NCBI GenBank assembly: GCA_004431415.1
Contig: QPMI01000545.1
Span: 62,001-126,000, forward strand
DNA from: Cyanophora paradoxa CCMP329
Taxonomy: Eukaryota > Plantae > Glaucophyta
Direction of reading: 5' to 3'
Length of the DNA stretch: 64,000 bases
Below are positions 45,636-58,622 of this stretch, piece by piece. Under the pieces are notes generated by a model that was given only the letters and a program-made list of their open reading frames with translations, was not told where the DNA came from and searched no databases. The position numbers were made by a program, and so were the translations under genes. Positions within the stretch are counted from its first letter, which is position 1; each line of letters opens with the position of its first letter.

Positions 45636-46510
45636 CGGCAGGGAGGGGCGGAGACGCGGCGGGCGGCCGCGCAGCTCGACGGACGGGGCGGAGGCGCGGC
45701 GGGCGGCGGCGGCGGCTCTCAGAGAGGGGCGGAGGCGCGGCGGGCGGCGGCGGCGGCTCGCAGGAGGGGCGGAGACGCGGCGGGCGGCGGCGGCGGCTCG
45801 CGGGGCAGCGCGGACGGAGGCGCGGCGGCGGCGGCGGCGGCTCGCAGGGAGGGCAGAGGCGCGGCGGGCGGCGGCGGCGGCTCGCAGGGAGGGGCGGAGA
45901 CGCGGCGGGCGGCCGCGCAGCTCGACGGACGGGGCGGAGGCGCGGCGGGCGGCGGCGGCGGCTCACAGGAAGGGGCGGCGGCGCGGTGGCGGCGGCGGCG
46001 GCTCGACGGGCGGGGCGAAGGCACGGCGGGCGGCGGCGGCGGCTCGCGGGGCAGGCGGACGGAGGCGCGGCGGGCGGCGGCGGCGGCTCGCAGGGAGGGG
46101 CGGAGGCGCGGCGGGCGGCGGCGGCGGCTCGCAGGGAGGGGCGGAGACGCGGCGGGCGGCCGCGCAGCTCGACGGGCGGGGCGAAGGCACGGCGGGCGCG
46201 GCGGCGGCTCGCGGGCAGGGCGGACGGAGGCGCGGCGGGCGGCGGCGGCGGCTCTCAGGAAGGGGCGGAGGCGCGGTGGCGGCGGCGGCGGCTCGACGGG
46301 CGGGGCGAAGGCACGGCGGGCCGCGGCGGCGGCTCGCGGGGCAGGGCGGACGGAGGCGCGGCGGGCGGCGGCGGCGGCTCGCAGGGAGGGGCGGAGGCGC
46401 GGCGGGCGGCGGCGGCGGCTCGCAGGGAGGGGCGGAGACGCGGCGGGCGGCCGCGCAGCTCGACGGCCGCGCAGCTCGAGGGGCGGAGACGCGGCGGGCG
46501 GCCGCGCAGC
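45636..46510. repeat. G-rich ~41-bp minisatellite, array 1
   Basis: Tandem variants of ggcggaggcgcggcgggcggcggcggcggctcgcaggga. Confidence 0.95.
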
Positions 46511-48249
46511 TCCCTTGTGGGGCGAGTTGACGTTTTAGGCCTCATCCTTGGATGTTGTGCTGTGTTGGCTCAGTACCTTTGTCTTAGTGATTATGAACTG
46601 AATAGATTACTGCGTAACATAAAAAAAAACGAGGAACTGAGTAGATCTAGATCTAGATCGAAATCTAGATCTTGAGCACACAGCCGCCAAAAGAGTTTTG
46701 AAACAAGCGAGTCCCTGCGGAGCAGGAGTGGCCTTGGGTCTTGGGGTTTCAAGGCGTGGGGGTGGCCGCTCTTTGTTTTTAAACGGGGGCCCGCATGCAA
46801 CCGCGCGCGGTTACTACGGTTAATCGGGAGGGGGGGAGGAGATCAGCAAGGGTACACACTCAAGTGATCATGAGAGGGTACAGAAGAATTGTGCCGCAAC
46901 TTGGCAAGGGTACAGATATCGATGTGGGGCCCAATCGGCCCCTATAGTACCGAGTACAGGCCCCGAGGGGCCCATTGGTCGTTTCAGCGGAATGAAAACG
47001 AGTTTTCGGCGTTTTTTGGAGGTAGTTAATAATAATCTATGTATCATTCGAATGTAATTCGTAGTAATAAAGCTCTGTCTAAATAGTTTATTTTAATTTG
47101 CTTTCAACTAACGCATCAAACACTTTTAAATCCCACATCGTGGCACACTACGACCTTGTCTCATACAAATTTGCTGGCCGTCTATGTGGCGCTCCGTTAA
47201 TTTGTAAACTATCTTCTAGCGAATGGGGTGCAGGACGTCACGCAACTGTCCGGGTCATCATTGGCCTGAGCTGTTGAGCATGCGGGAAAAAAAGCCCGGA
47301 CATTTTCATGGCCGTGCTCGGAACCTATGCACGATATGCCATGTGCGTGACCGTCCTGCTATGGCGGGCACTTGCCTCGTTCGCTTGGCAGTACTAAAGG
47401 CTGGAGCGACTTGAGCCGAGCCGGGCTGTGGGACCCGGTGGGGGTACAGCCTCACACTTACGGCTGCGCCGAGAAGCTGCGATCCGCAACGGCAAGCCAG
47501 CCCGCATGGCGTTCGCCGTTGCCTCAGTTTGTGCGGCCGCTTCCCCGGCGCTGGTCCACGGGCGCCGCGCGTCGACGTCAGTCGATCGCCTGCGCATCAA
47601 GTTCGTCGCCCGGCAGCCTCGCCAGTTCCGCGGCACCTCAGCAGAGATGGAGCCGTTTGACGTGGGCGTTGATTCTTCCCCGCCCGAGCGCCGTGCGGCT
47701 CAGGATCAAACGCGCCCCGCGACGCGTTGTCGCAGCGACTCGTTTCCGTGGCTTTCGCCCTGCACTTACGCCGGTCCGTTGCCCGACGTGCGGGAATCGG
47801 AGCGCGACGTTTGCCGGAGCAGATCTCGAATGCGCCGGCCGACCTGAACGAGGCCAGGTCCGCCCCTTGCCCTGGCGCCCCACGTGCACGGCGCCGTACG
47901 TGACCCCCTCACACGCCGCGTCGCATGTAGGGGGTCTCGATGGCCGCATCTCGGTCACCCCCGGCCCCCGCCTCAGAGAGCCGACCGGAATGAGGCCAGG
48001 TCCGCCCTACCCCACGCCCGGCGCGCTGCCGCCGTACCCCTCCCTCGGCCCTTGACGCCGTGCCGCAGGTAGCTATAGGGGGTGACGCTGGCCGCATCTC
48101 GGTCACCGTCGGGTGGCGGCGAGCTCGAGGGACGCGGGTACGATCGCGAAAAGTCGGCGTGCTGGATCGTGAGCCGCGGCAGGAGCCTCGCGCCGCCGCA
48201 CCAGCGCTAGCGCCTCGTTGCGGCGCAGGGTTTGTCTTCGATTCGTCCT

Positions 48250-48450
48250 CGTACCCCTCCGCGCGGCGCTGACCGTAATGCAGCCATCGGCGGCCCCTAC
48301 GGGACGGCCTCGGAGGGCGGGGGCGATGGGGCGGGAATGGCTTCATCGCGGTCACCGTACGGAGATCGAATCTCGGCCTCGTACCCCCGCTCACGGCGCT
48401 GACCGTAATGCAGCCATCGGCGGCCCCTACGGGACGGCCTCGGAGGCGAG
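48250..48450. repeat. Local direct repeat (~65 bp, two copies)
   Basis: cggcgctgaccgtaatgcagccatcggcggcccctacgggacggcctcggagg at ~48264 and ~48394. Confidence 0.8.
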
Positions 48451-48532
48451 GGGGGTACCGCGCGGCGCGGCACCGTGCGAGGGACTCGGGCTTGCTTCAT
48501 TCTGCGACGTAACCGCCCCTTACCCCGCCTAT

Positions 48533-48781
48533 ATCGTCACTTTTGGCTCCAGGTACGTTCGGTACAAAATAGGTACAAAATAGGTACGTTGTCGTACCAG
48601 GTTCGTACCGCCCACTGTACCGTGCACCTACGGTACGGCAGCGTACCGACGTGTACCGAACGAGTCCGCCGCGTACTAAACGCACCGACGGTGCAGCGGG
48701 TGTACCGTCGGTACGCGTCGGTTCACGGCACTGTGTCCAAGCTGCACCAGAACGCACCGCCCGGGAGCCAAAAGTGACGAT
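48533..48781. mobile_element. Putative MITE (249 bp) with 18-bp perfect TIR and GTAC-rich interior
   Basis: atcgtcacttttggctcc (48533-50) and ggagccaaaagtgacgat (48764-81). No clear TSD. Confidence 0.55.
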
Positions 48782-51069
48782 CGGAGCCGCGCACCGGACT
48801 AGCGTACCAGTATACGTATATATACGTATATGCGTACGCCGGCGGAGGGCGTCATTCCCCGCCGACTTCTCAGCCCGGCTACTAGAGAGCCATGGCTAGC
48901 CCAGTTCTCGCCCAGCTAGCAGAACTAGAGATCTAGAGCCAGATCGCCACCAAAGATTTGCCAGGCTGGCTCTGGCGTACGCGTTCTAGCTAGAAATATA
49001 TCAAAGCGTGGTATCTGATTCTTTGGGGGATGATCTATCTATCTACCTATCTACAATTCTGACTGTGAATACACCGCTGGTGGGCTCGTCTAGGCTGCAC
49101 ACACTGAAACTGAAACTGAAATTCTCTGCCTGCCGATTCTGACTACGGATACATCTGACTGGTCGATGGCGAACTCAACTAGGCTGTACAAACTGAAACG
49201 GAAACTGAAACTGTATTTCGCTGCCTGCCGCTCCTCCGCATAGCCTAGCGGCGGCTACGCAAAAGTATGCGTGCGGGCCAGCAAGGAAAGGGACCGGGGG
49301 GGACGCGACTAGGGATTCACGTGGGAGGGGAGGGCGTGAAGCGATCCGGCCCGCGCGCGCTGTGGGTCGTGCGGCACCTCGCCGAGCCCGCTGCGCTGTG
49401 CGCATCGGGGTTAGCGAGCGCTCGAATCGAGGCGGGATCGAACGGGCCGCTGTGCACCTCGGCCAGGAGAGGGAGCAGCAGACCGGCTCGAGCTTGCCCC
49501 ACGGCCAGGATTCCCGCGACCGCGACCGCGAGGGCGAGGGCGAGGGCGAGGGCGAAGCGCTCGCTGCGCTCGGAGAGTCAATCGAAAGAAAAGAAGCGTG
49601 CGTGCCGGCAAACGACCGCACCTGCGCCCGAGCGGCCGCAAGCCTGAACTTCGAGAGCGCCAGCAGCCACACGTCCGGCGGAGAGCGGCATGCGCTGCGC
49701 TGCGCACGCCGCCGGCGTTACAACAAGATCAATGGGCAAGCAGCGGAGACAAGAGCGACCACCTGGCCTGCGGAAGAAGTCGCCAAGCGAACTGGGCGGT
49801 GGTCTTCTGCTCGCGGGGACCAGTCACGCCCCCTCCCTGGCCCGCCAGCGGAGTGAGGGATTGAATCAAAGGAGAGGAAACGAAAAGCACCTTGCTTCGC
49901 CTCCGCAGCCACCGCCTACGTGCCGCGCGTGCCTGTCAGCGGCTGAACGCCCATTGGCGACAGCCGCGGGAGGAATGGACGACAAAGGCAACAAGGAGGT
50001 CGACAGCGATGCGTTCGCGAGCGTTCGCAGCCGCAACCGGGAGCCAGCCGCCCTGAAGCAAGGCTCTGCGTGTGAAATCAGGCGGGCGACAGGCGGCGAG
50101 AGGGGCAGAGGATGCAAGAAAGTACCTTCGAGCATCGTTCGCGCTGGAAGCCGACGATGTTCGCTGCGGCGGCAGCAAGTCCGATCGACCTGGTTTGAAA
50201 AGCGGCAACAGAGACGCGGGCAGCGCTGCGAGACCCCGGAGGAGCCAACGAACCGACCCGCTATGAGAGTGAAGCGCGTCCGCGCAGCAGCCTTCCGTCG
50301 AGGCTGCAGCTGATGGCAGCAAGGCACTTGAAGGCACTTCAAGGCACTTGAAGGCAGCAAGTTTGGGGTACACGACTGATGGGGAAAAAAGGCTTGCGAG
50401 GCCCACAGCGGCAGGGCCGCCGCGGCAGCCGCGCCGTAGTACAGCTTGTCGAGGCCATCTGAAGCGAATGCCAGCGGCTCTTGCGGCCCTTGCTCGCAGC
50501 GCCGCCCGCTGCGTCAACTTCGCGTGTGCTCGCAGCACGCGGCGCGCGGCAGCTACGAGCACGCGAGCTTGTAACTACGGGTCCAGCTCCCCCGTGGCGT
50601 CGTCCTTGCGCCGCGCCGATCTACAGCTAGATCGACCCGGCCCGCAACCCCGCGCCGGGCGACTTCGCCGCGCTGGCCGGCTTCTTTGCGTGGCTTTCAG
50701 CTCACTAACGTCCGCAGTATCTCTACTAGACAGCCCCGCGGTCGATTTAGAGGGTTGCGGTGCACGCCGGCCGCGGATGCGGTTCTGGTCGCCGGCGGAG
50801 CTCTCTCGCATGTTTCGGTGCATAGCGCGTCCCTTTGAGATGCTAACACAGTGCCTCTGACTCTGGACTGGCAGGACGTTGCGTGAGCGCGCGGACCGAC
50901 GCAACCTCCCGATCGGCGGTCGCCTCGGGTGCGCCTGCCAAGCACAGCATTGGGCCAGCGACGCGCGAGCACGTGGCTTACGAGGCCCAGACCGCCGGGA
51001 CGGGTGAGCCCGCCTCGGATCGTCGCAGTTTGGGAGCTTCTACTACATCGCCAGCGAGCGGGCGGGGCA

Positions 51070-54000
51070 GCGGGTGGCTGGAGGACGGGGCGGTGGCGGC
51101 GACCATGGGCGCCTTGCCACGCCTCGCCGCCCTCCTCCCGGACTGCCCGTGCGCCCCGCCCCGCGAGCCCAGCTCCGCCCCGCGCCGGCCCGGCGAGCCC
51201 CGCGCAGGGGCGTGGCGGACGAGGCCGGCCTCGCGATCGCCGTGCACGCCGCAAGGCCCACCCGCTCCGCCCCGCCCCGCCCCGCCCGCCCCGCTCCGGG
51301 CCGGGCCTGAGCCGACGGGGCGGGGCGCGCGCAGCCTGGAGCGGCTCGACGTGAGCCGCATGGGCGTCTCGGACCGCACCCTCGCCGCCCTCACCGCCGC
51401 CGCCGTGCGCCCCCCCGCCGCCCCCGCCCCCCGTCCGCGCGGCTCGACGGGCGGGCAGAGGCGAGGCGGGCGGCGGCGGCGGCTCGCGGGCAGGGCGGAG
51501 GCGCGGCGGGCGGCCGCGCGGCTCGACGGGCGGGGCAGAGGCGCGGCGGGCGGCGGCGGCGGCGGCGGCTCGCAGGGAGGGGCGGAGGCGCGGCGGCGGC
51601 CGCGCGGCTCGATGGGCGGGACGGAGGCGCGGCGGGCGGCGGCGGCAGCTCGCGGGGAGGGGCGGAGGCGCGGTGGGCGGCGGCGGCGGCTCGCGGGGCA
51701 GGGCGGACGGAGGCGCGGCGGGCGGCGGCGGCGGCTCTCAGGAAGGGCGGAGGCGCGGCGGGCGGCGGCGGCGGCTCGACGGGCGGGGCGAAGGCACGGC
51801 GGGCCGCGGCGGCGGCTCGCGGGGCAGGGCGGACGGAGGCGCGGCGGGCGGCGGCGGCGGCTCGCAGGGAGGGCGGAGGCGCGGCGGGCGGCGGCGGCGG
51901 CTCGCAGGGAGGGGCGGAGGCGCGGCGGGCGGCGGCGGCGGCTCGCAGGGAGGGGCGGAGACGCGGCGGGCGGCCGCGCAGCTCGACGGGCGGGCGGAGG
52001 CGCGGCGGGCGGCGGCGGCGGCTCACAGGAAGGGGCGGAGGCGCGGTGGGCGGCGGCGGCGGCTCGACGGGCGGGGCGAAGGCACGGCGGGCGGCGGCGG
52101 CGGCTCGCGGGGCAGCGCGGACGGAGGCGCGGCGGGCGGCGGCGGCGGCTCGCGGGGAGGGGCGGAGGCGCGGTGGGCGGCGGCGGCGGCTCGCGGGGCA
52201 GGGCGGACGGAGGCGCGGCGGGCGGCGGCGGCGGCTCTCAGGAAGGGGCGGAGGCGCGGCGGGCGGCGGCGGCGGCTCGACGGGCGGGGCGAAGGCACGG
52301 CGGGCCGCGGCGGCGGCTCGCAGGGAGGGGCGGAGACGCGGCGGGCGGCCGCGCGGCTCGATGGGCGGGACGGAGGCGCGGCGGGCGGCGGCGGCGGCTC
52401 GCAGGGAGGGGCGGAGGCGCGGCGGGCGGCGGCGGCGGCTCGCAGGGAGGGGCGGAGACGCGGCGGGCGGCCGCGCAGCTCGACGGGCGGGGCGGAGGCG
52501 CGGCGGGCGGCGGCGGCGGCTCACAGGAAGGGGCGGAGGCGCGGTGGGCGGCGGCGGCGGCTCGACGGGCGGGGCGAAGGCACGGCGGGCGGCGGCGGCG
52601 GCTCGCGGGGCAGCGCGGACGGAGGCGCGGCGGGCGGCGGCGGCGGCTCGCAGGGAGGGGCGGAGGCGCGGCGGGCGGCGGCGGCGGCTCGCAGGGAGGG
52701 GCGGAGACGCGGCGGGCGGCCGCGCAGCTCGACGGGCGGGGCGGAGGCGCGGCGGGCGGCGGCGGCGGCTCACAGGAAGGGGCGGCGGCGCGGTGGGCGG
52801 CGGCGGCGGCTCGACGGGCGGGGCGAAGGCACGGCGGGCGGCGGCGGCGGCTCGCGGGGCAGGGCGGACGGAGGCGCGGCGGGCGGCGGCGGCGGCTCGC
52901 AGGAGGGGCGGAGGCGCGGCGGGCGGCGGCGGCGGCTCGCAGGGAGGGGCGGAGACGCGGCGGGCGGCCGCGCAGCTCGACGGGCGGGGCGAAGGCACGG
53001 CGGGCGGCGGCGGCGGCTCGCGGGCAGGGCGGACGGAGGCGCGGCGGGCGGCGGCGGCGGCTCACAGGAAGGGGCGGAGGCGCGGTGGGTGGCGGCGGCG
53101 GCTCGACGGGCGGGGCGAAGGCACGGCGGGCGGCGGCGGCGGCTCGCGGGGCAGCGCGGACGGAGGCGCGGCGGGCGGCGGCGGCGGCTCGCAGGGAGGG
53201 ACGGGCGCGGCGGGCGGCGGCGGCGGCTCGCAGGGAGGGGCGGAGACGCGGCGGGCGGCCGCGCAGCTCGACGGACGGGGCGGAGGCGCGGCGGGCGGCG
53301 GCGGCGGCTCACAGGAAGGGGCGGAGGCGCGGTGGGCGGCGGCGGCGGCTCGACGGGCGGGGCGAAGGCACGGCGGGCGGCGGCGGCGGCTCGCGGGCAG
53401 GGCGGACGGAGGCGCGGCGGGCGGCGGCGGCGGCTCGCAGGGAGGGGCGGAGGCGCGGCGGGCGGCGGCGGCGGCTCGCAGGGAGGGGCGGAGACGCGGC
53501 GGGCGGCCGCGCAGCTCGACGGGCGGGACGGAGGCGCGGCGGGCGGCGGCGGCGGCTCACAGGAAGGGGCGGAGGCGCGGTGGGCGGCGGCGGCGGCTCG
53601 ACGGGCGGGGCGAAGGCACGGCGGGCTGCGGCGGCGGCTCGCGGGGCAGGGCGGACGGAGGCGCGGCGGGCGGCGGCGGCGGCTCGCAGGGAGGGACGGG
53701 CGCGGCGGGCGGCGGCGGCGGCTCGCAGGGAGGGGCGGAGACGCGGCGGGCGGCCGCGCAGCTCGACGGACGGGGCGGAGGCGCGGCGGGCGGCGGCGGC
53801 GGCTCACAGGAAGGGGCGGAGGCGCGGTGGGCGGCGGCGGCGGCTCGACGGGCGGGGCGAAGGCACGGCGGGCGGCGGCGGCGGCTCGCGGGGCATGGCG
53901 GACGGAGGCGCGGCGGGCGGCGGCGGCGGCTCGCAGGGAGGGGCGGAGGCGCGGCGGGCGGCGGCGGCGGCTCGCGGGGCGGGGCAGAGGCGCGGCGGGT

Positions 54001-54199
54001 GGCCGCGCGGCTCGCGGGGCGGGGCGGAGTCGAATTCGAATTCCTGACTTGGTTGGGGCGCACGCAGGAGAACGTTGTCGCCTACACGGCCGAGGGCGCC
54101 GCCGCCGCAGACGACGACTCCTTCAACGGCGCATACGGCCTCGAGTCGCGCGGCCCCGGACCCTTGAGCCCCCCCCCTGCCGTCCGCTTCCAGATCTAA
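51070..54199 (+). pseudogene. LRR (FBXL/AMN1-like) gene fragment with a minisatellite-filled intron
   Basis: Exon-like pieces LEDGAVAATMGALPRLAAL, GVADEAGLAIA and SLERLDVSRMGVSDRTLAAL. Donor gtgcgc at 51405; branch point ctgac ~54044 and acceptor at 54067, then ENVVAYTAEG...QI*. 5' end not found. Confidence 0.45.
51435..54027. repeat. G-rich ~41-bp minisatellite, array 2, with ~248-bp higher-order repeat
   Basis: Same monomers as array 1. Marker acaggaag at 52523, 52772, 53064, 53311, 53559 and 53806. Confidence 0.95.
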
Positions 54200-55066
54200 T
54201 CTCAGGCGGCCACGATCGCGCGCGCAGGAAGCGGCGGGGGCGGGCGAGGGGTGCGCGCTTCCAGATCTAATCTCAGGCGGCCACGATTGCGCGCGCAGGA
54301 ACCGGCGAGGAGGCGGGGGCCACCTTGGGCTTCGGCGAGGACGCCGGCGGGGCCCCCGCGGCGTTCGGCCACGAGACAAGGCAGCTGCTCTAGGCCGCGC
54401 AGGCGCCAGCTCGCCACTGGCAGCGATAGCGATAGCGATCCCGGGCCGGGCCCAGGTGCAGAGTTTATAATCAGATCGCGGCTCGACCGATCACGTGACT
54501 TCGGGATACCGCAACTAATACTGTCGACGTCTATCAACACTGTAACGTTAACGTTATTTGATAACTGAATTGGATATCGATACAGTCGCTATTGGTCAGA
54601 CACGGGCCTGGCCGCGGGGCCCGGTATACGGCCTCCCATGGCCAGCTGCACGAGGGACAGACAGGCCTAGGGGCCTGATCATCAGTGATGGGATCTCAGG
54701 ATCCCATAGAGCACCCCCCCCGGAATTTGATACATCATGGCATTCAATAACTTAGTAATTTTTGGCCGCTGCCGCCGCAGTGCAGTACTAGCTATATATA
54801 GGGCAGCATTAGGGCTACGCCTATAGCTATTGTGGACTGCGGCACTGCTAGCCTGGCAGGGCGGCCCGGCGGCACATGATCATGATCATGAATCGCCGAG
54901 TCGCACGTGCACGCGCACCATCCTCAGGGCCTGGCATCTCGCGATGAACCGTTGAACATTAATTGATCGCGATCGACTCACGATCAGTGTGCCACCCACT
55001 GACTCCCAGCTGCAGCTCAGCGGCTTGCCCTAGGCCTGGTTAACGTTGGCGGCTCTAAGCCGGCTT

Positions 55067-56602
55067 CATTGCAAGGGGGGGTACCCCCACCCTTGCTCCC
55101 CTGGTGAGTTGGTGCGGCGTACTTTCTGTGTTAGCAATTTTTGTAAGATGAGATTCTTTGCATGCGCTCTCGTATAGGTGTGATCGCATCGTAGCTGCTG
55201 CGAGCGGCGAAAACAAATGCAAGGGCGGGGCTGCGCAAACATGTCATGGTCGCGCCTCACTTGCTATTGCTATACGCGCCGAACCACGTGCTCCTGATTG
55301 CTCTCGATGCGCTTTACAAACTTTGTCATACATGCCCGGGCTCGAAAAGCGGCGTGCGGCGCGCTAGGCCGCCTCAAGTACCTGTACATGTTGCACCGGG
55401 CGCAGGAAAAAAACGCTCCTGAGAGTTTCGGCCGATATCGTGTTGCGGTACCCACGACTCGAGCAGGGGGGAATGAAGCAGGGGGGAATGGAGCATGCAG
55501 CTCGAGCTCCACGACCGGACGCGTACGTATACGAAGCAGCAAGCGAAGCAGCTGTGCACGAGCTCGCAGCTCTGCTCGCGACGCCGCGTTCCGGTGCGCT
55601 TCCGGCTGCGGCCTCGAGCTCCGGCCGTGGCGTTCCGCCTACGCTCTCGGTTTCTGACGAACTCCGGTTCAATTCGCAAGCAGACTCCAGCTAAGATTGA
55701 GAGATGTCTAGACCCTCAAGCGCAGTCACGACGAGCTGTCATGCCGGTGAGCAATTGCAAGTGCCGTAGGACGGCGCAGCCGCGGGCCAGCTCTTACGCG
55801 TGCGTACACTTGCACGCCTATAGCTAGCCTAGGCCTCAACGCCACGCGCGCGTTTCTTGACCCGCGGCCAGCGCCCCAGCGCCCGCGGCATTCGCTGCAG
55901 CTGGGCCGGGCTATAGCTAGCCGCTGGGCCTCGCCCCCGCGCCGCCGCTCTCCAGAGCGCGCTGGCGCCTCGGCCCTAGGCCTAGGTCTGCAGCTGCGCA
56001 GGCCTAGGCTATGCGCAGTGCCCGGCACCACGTGCCGCTCCGCCCGCTTCCCCGAACGCCGCCCTGCCGGCTGCCTCGGCTTCGTCGATTCGAGGTTCGC
56101 CCCGCGCGCCGCTGCTGCTGCGCATGCGCACCTGGCCTGGCCGCCCCCGCTGGGCCCCGCCCGCGCACAGCCGCTGTCCGGGGCAGGCTTAAGCTGACGC
56201 CTCGGTTCTGCGCATGCGCAGGCTATGCCATGATGCGCAGGGCCCGGCGCGGCGCCACCTGCCGCTCCGGCTTCCCCGCCCGCCGCCGTCCTCGCGATCG
56301 CCTGCCCGCCTGCCTGGAGCCGCCGCCCGCGTCGCCACCCCACCTGCCCGGCCGGCCGCCTTGCCTCTCTGCCCCCCCCCCCCCCCACCCACCCCCCACC
56401 CCCCCCTCCTCCCGCCCCTCCCCCTCCTCCCACCCCCTCCTCCCTCCCCGGCCCCCCCTCCCATGTCCGGCCACACACCCCAACCCTCCTCCCCCATCCC
56501 CATGCAAGTACCCTGCAATGTGTATAAGGACCCCCCCTTGCATGCGCACCTCCGCGCGCGGCCCGCACTTCCCGCACTTGCACAGGACCGGGCGCGGTCT
56601 GC
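55067..56602. mobile_element. Non-coding TIR-type repeat element, copy 1
   Basis: Colinear with 56902-58622 (e.g. ttggtgcggcgtactttctgtgttagcaatttttgtaagatgagattctttgcatgc). Ends tgcaaggggggg...cccccccttgca are inverted. Confidence 0.65.
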
Positions 56603-56749
56603 ATTGCAAGACGAAGGTTAGAACCTTGAGCTTCACTCACAATGGGGCACTAGTCCTCTTCTAAAATGACGCAGAGCCAAAGCAATGGGAAGACCTATGT
56701 TGCTAAAAGTACGCATCCCGATGGAAGCGTTCCCGAGAAGATGATGTCA

Positions 56750-58622
56750 ACACATTGCAGGGTACTTGGGGATGGGGGAGGAGGGTTGGGGTGTGTGGCC
56801 GGACATGGGGAGCTCGAGGGGGGGGCCGGGGAGGGAGGGAGGGGGTGGGAGGAGGGGGGAGGGGGCGGGAGGAGGGGGGGGGGTGGGGGGTGGGGGGGGG
56901 CTGCAAGGGGGGGTACCCCCTCCCTTGCTCCCCTGGTGAATTGGTGCGGCGTACTTTCTGTGTTAGCAATTTTTGTAAGATGAGATTCTTTGCATGCACT
57001 CTCGTATAGGTGTGATCGCACCATAGCCGCTGCGAGCGGCGGAAAAAAATGCAATGGCGGGGCTGCGCAAACATGTCGAAGCCGCTCCTCACCTGCTATT
57101 GCTATATGCGCCAAACCACGTGCTCCTGATTGCTCTCAATGCGCTCTAAAAAATCTGTCATACATGCCCGGGCTCGAAAAGCGGCGTGCGGCGCGCTAGG
57201 CCGCCTCAAGTACCTGTTGTACCGGGCGCCGGAAAAAGTGCTCCTGAGAGTTTCGGCCGATATCGTGTTGCGCAGTACCCGTGACTCGAAGGGGGGAATG
57301 GAGCAGGGGGGAATGGATCGGAGCATGGATATGGGTGGCTGGCGCCAGCGCTCCACCGGTACCTGCAGCTGGACCGGACGAAGCAGCAAGCGAAGCAGCT
57401 GTGCATGAGCTCGCAGCTCCGTTCGCGACGCCGCGTTCCGGTGCGCTTCCGGCTGCAGCTGCGGCCTCGCGCTCGGGCCGCGGCGTTCCGCCTACGCTCT
57501 CGGTTTCTGACGTTCGAGAATTCTGCGTAGGCGGAGCGTCGTGCCGAGCTCGAGGCGGACGAGGGCCGCCGGCACCGTGCGGGCACAGCCGCGCGCGGAT
57601 GCATATGCGCTCCTGGTGGCGAATGCGGGAACAGTCGCCCTGGCCTGGTGGCGGAGAGCGCCCTGGTGGCGGAGAGCGCCCGGGGCCGGAAGATGACGAA
57701 GGACGATGAAGGCGCCCGCGACGCCGCGACGCCGGCTGTACATGTGTGCGCGCCCGCGACCGCGGCGTTTTGCCAACGCTAGCGCTCTCGGTTTCTGACG
57801 GACTCTGATTCATGATCAAGCAGACTCCAGCTTGATGCATATGTTGTCAAGCGCAGTTCAAGCACGGGGCGGGTCGCCACTTGCACGCGGGGCGCCTCGG
57901 CCCCACGTATGCGTGGCTTGAATTCGAACCGCGCGCGGCCGGCGCTCCGTAGCAGAGTGTACATGTGCACGTGGCGGCCGCAGCGTCGCAGCATGCGCAG
58001 CTGCTCCTACAGCTAGTACGTCGCGCCGGACTCCTACAGCTGACGCCTCGCGATCGGCCCTGGGGCGAGCTGACGCCTCGGCCCTGCGCAGGCGATGCGC
58101 AGGGCCCGGCGCCACCTGCCCCTCAGGGCCTCCGCCCGCTTCCCCGCCCGCCGCCCTGCCGGCTGCCTCAGCGCCGTCGACTCCAGGTTCGCTCCGCCGC
58201 TGCTGCCGCGCACCTGCATGCGCTGGCCCGGCCGCCCCCGCTGGGCCCCGCCCCTGCACGGCCGCCGTCCGGGGCGAGCTGACGCCTGTGCAGGCTATGC
58301 GCATGTGCAGGCTATGCGCAGGGCCCGGCGCCACCTGTCTCTCCTCCCGCTTCTCCGCCCGCCGCCGCCTTAAGCTTCGCCTGCCTGCTTGCCAGGCTTG
58401 CCCGGTGCCGCCGCCCGCGACGCCACCCCACCTGCCCGCCTCGCCACCACACCAGCATCGCCCGGCCGCGCCGCCCGCCTCGCCTCTCTGCCCCCTCCCT
58501 CCCCCCCCCCCCCCCCCCCCCCCCCAAGTACCCTGCAATGTACATGTGTACCAGTACCCCCCCTTGCACCTCCGCGCGCGGCCCGCACTTGCCGCTCTTG
58601 CACAGGGCCGGGCGCGGTCTGC
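56750..58622. mobile_element. Non-coding TIR-type repeat element, copy 2, with an extra inverted arm
   Basis: Direct copy of 55067-56602. acattgcagggtacttgggg (56752-71) is the exact reverse complement of 58522-41. Confidence 0.65.

Noticed and set aside
45568-46675. Repeat array as a CRISPR array or repeat protein
   Set aside because: No unique spacers, no cas genes and a eukaryotic context; it is a minisatellite.
49362-50313. Overlapping ORFs of moderately natural composition
   Set aside because: No recognisable motifs or splice pattern; possibly decayed TE or gene sequence.
50321-50357. aaggcactt(g/c) x3.5, and other microsatellites (ctgaaa, gagggc, gt at 4376-4396)
   Set aside because: Ordinary slippage repeats with no further structure.
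50883-54270. Long ORFs (1054, 865, 717 aa) of Gly/Arg/Ala repeats
   Set aside because: They are translations of a stop-free minisatellite that is open in several frames; there is no coding evidence.
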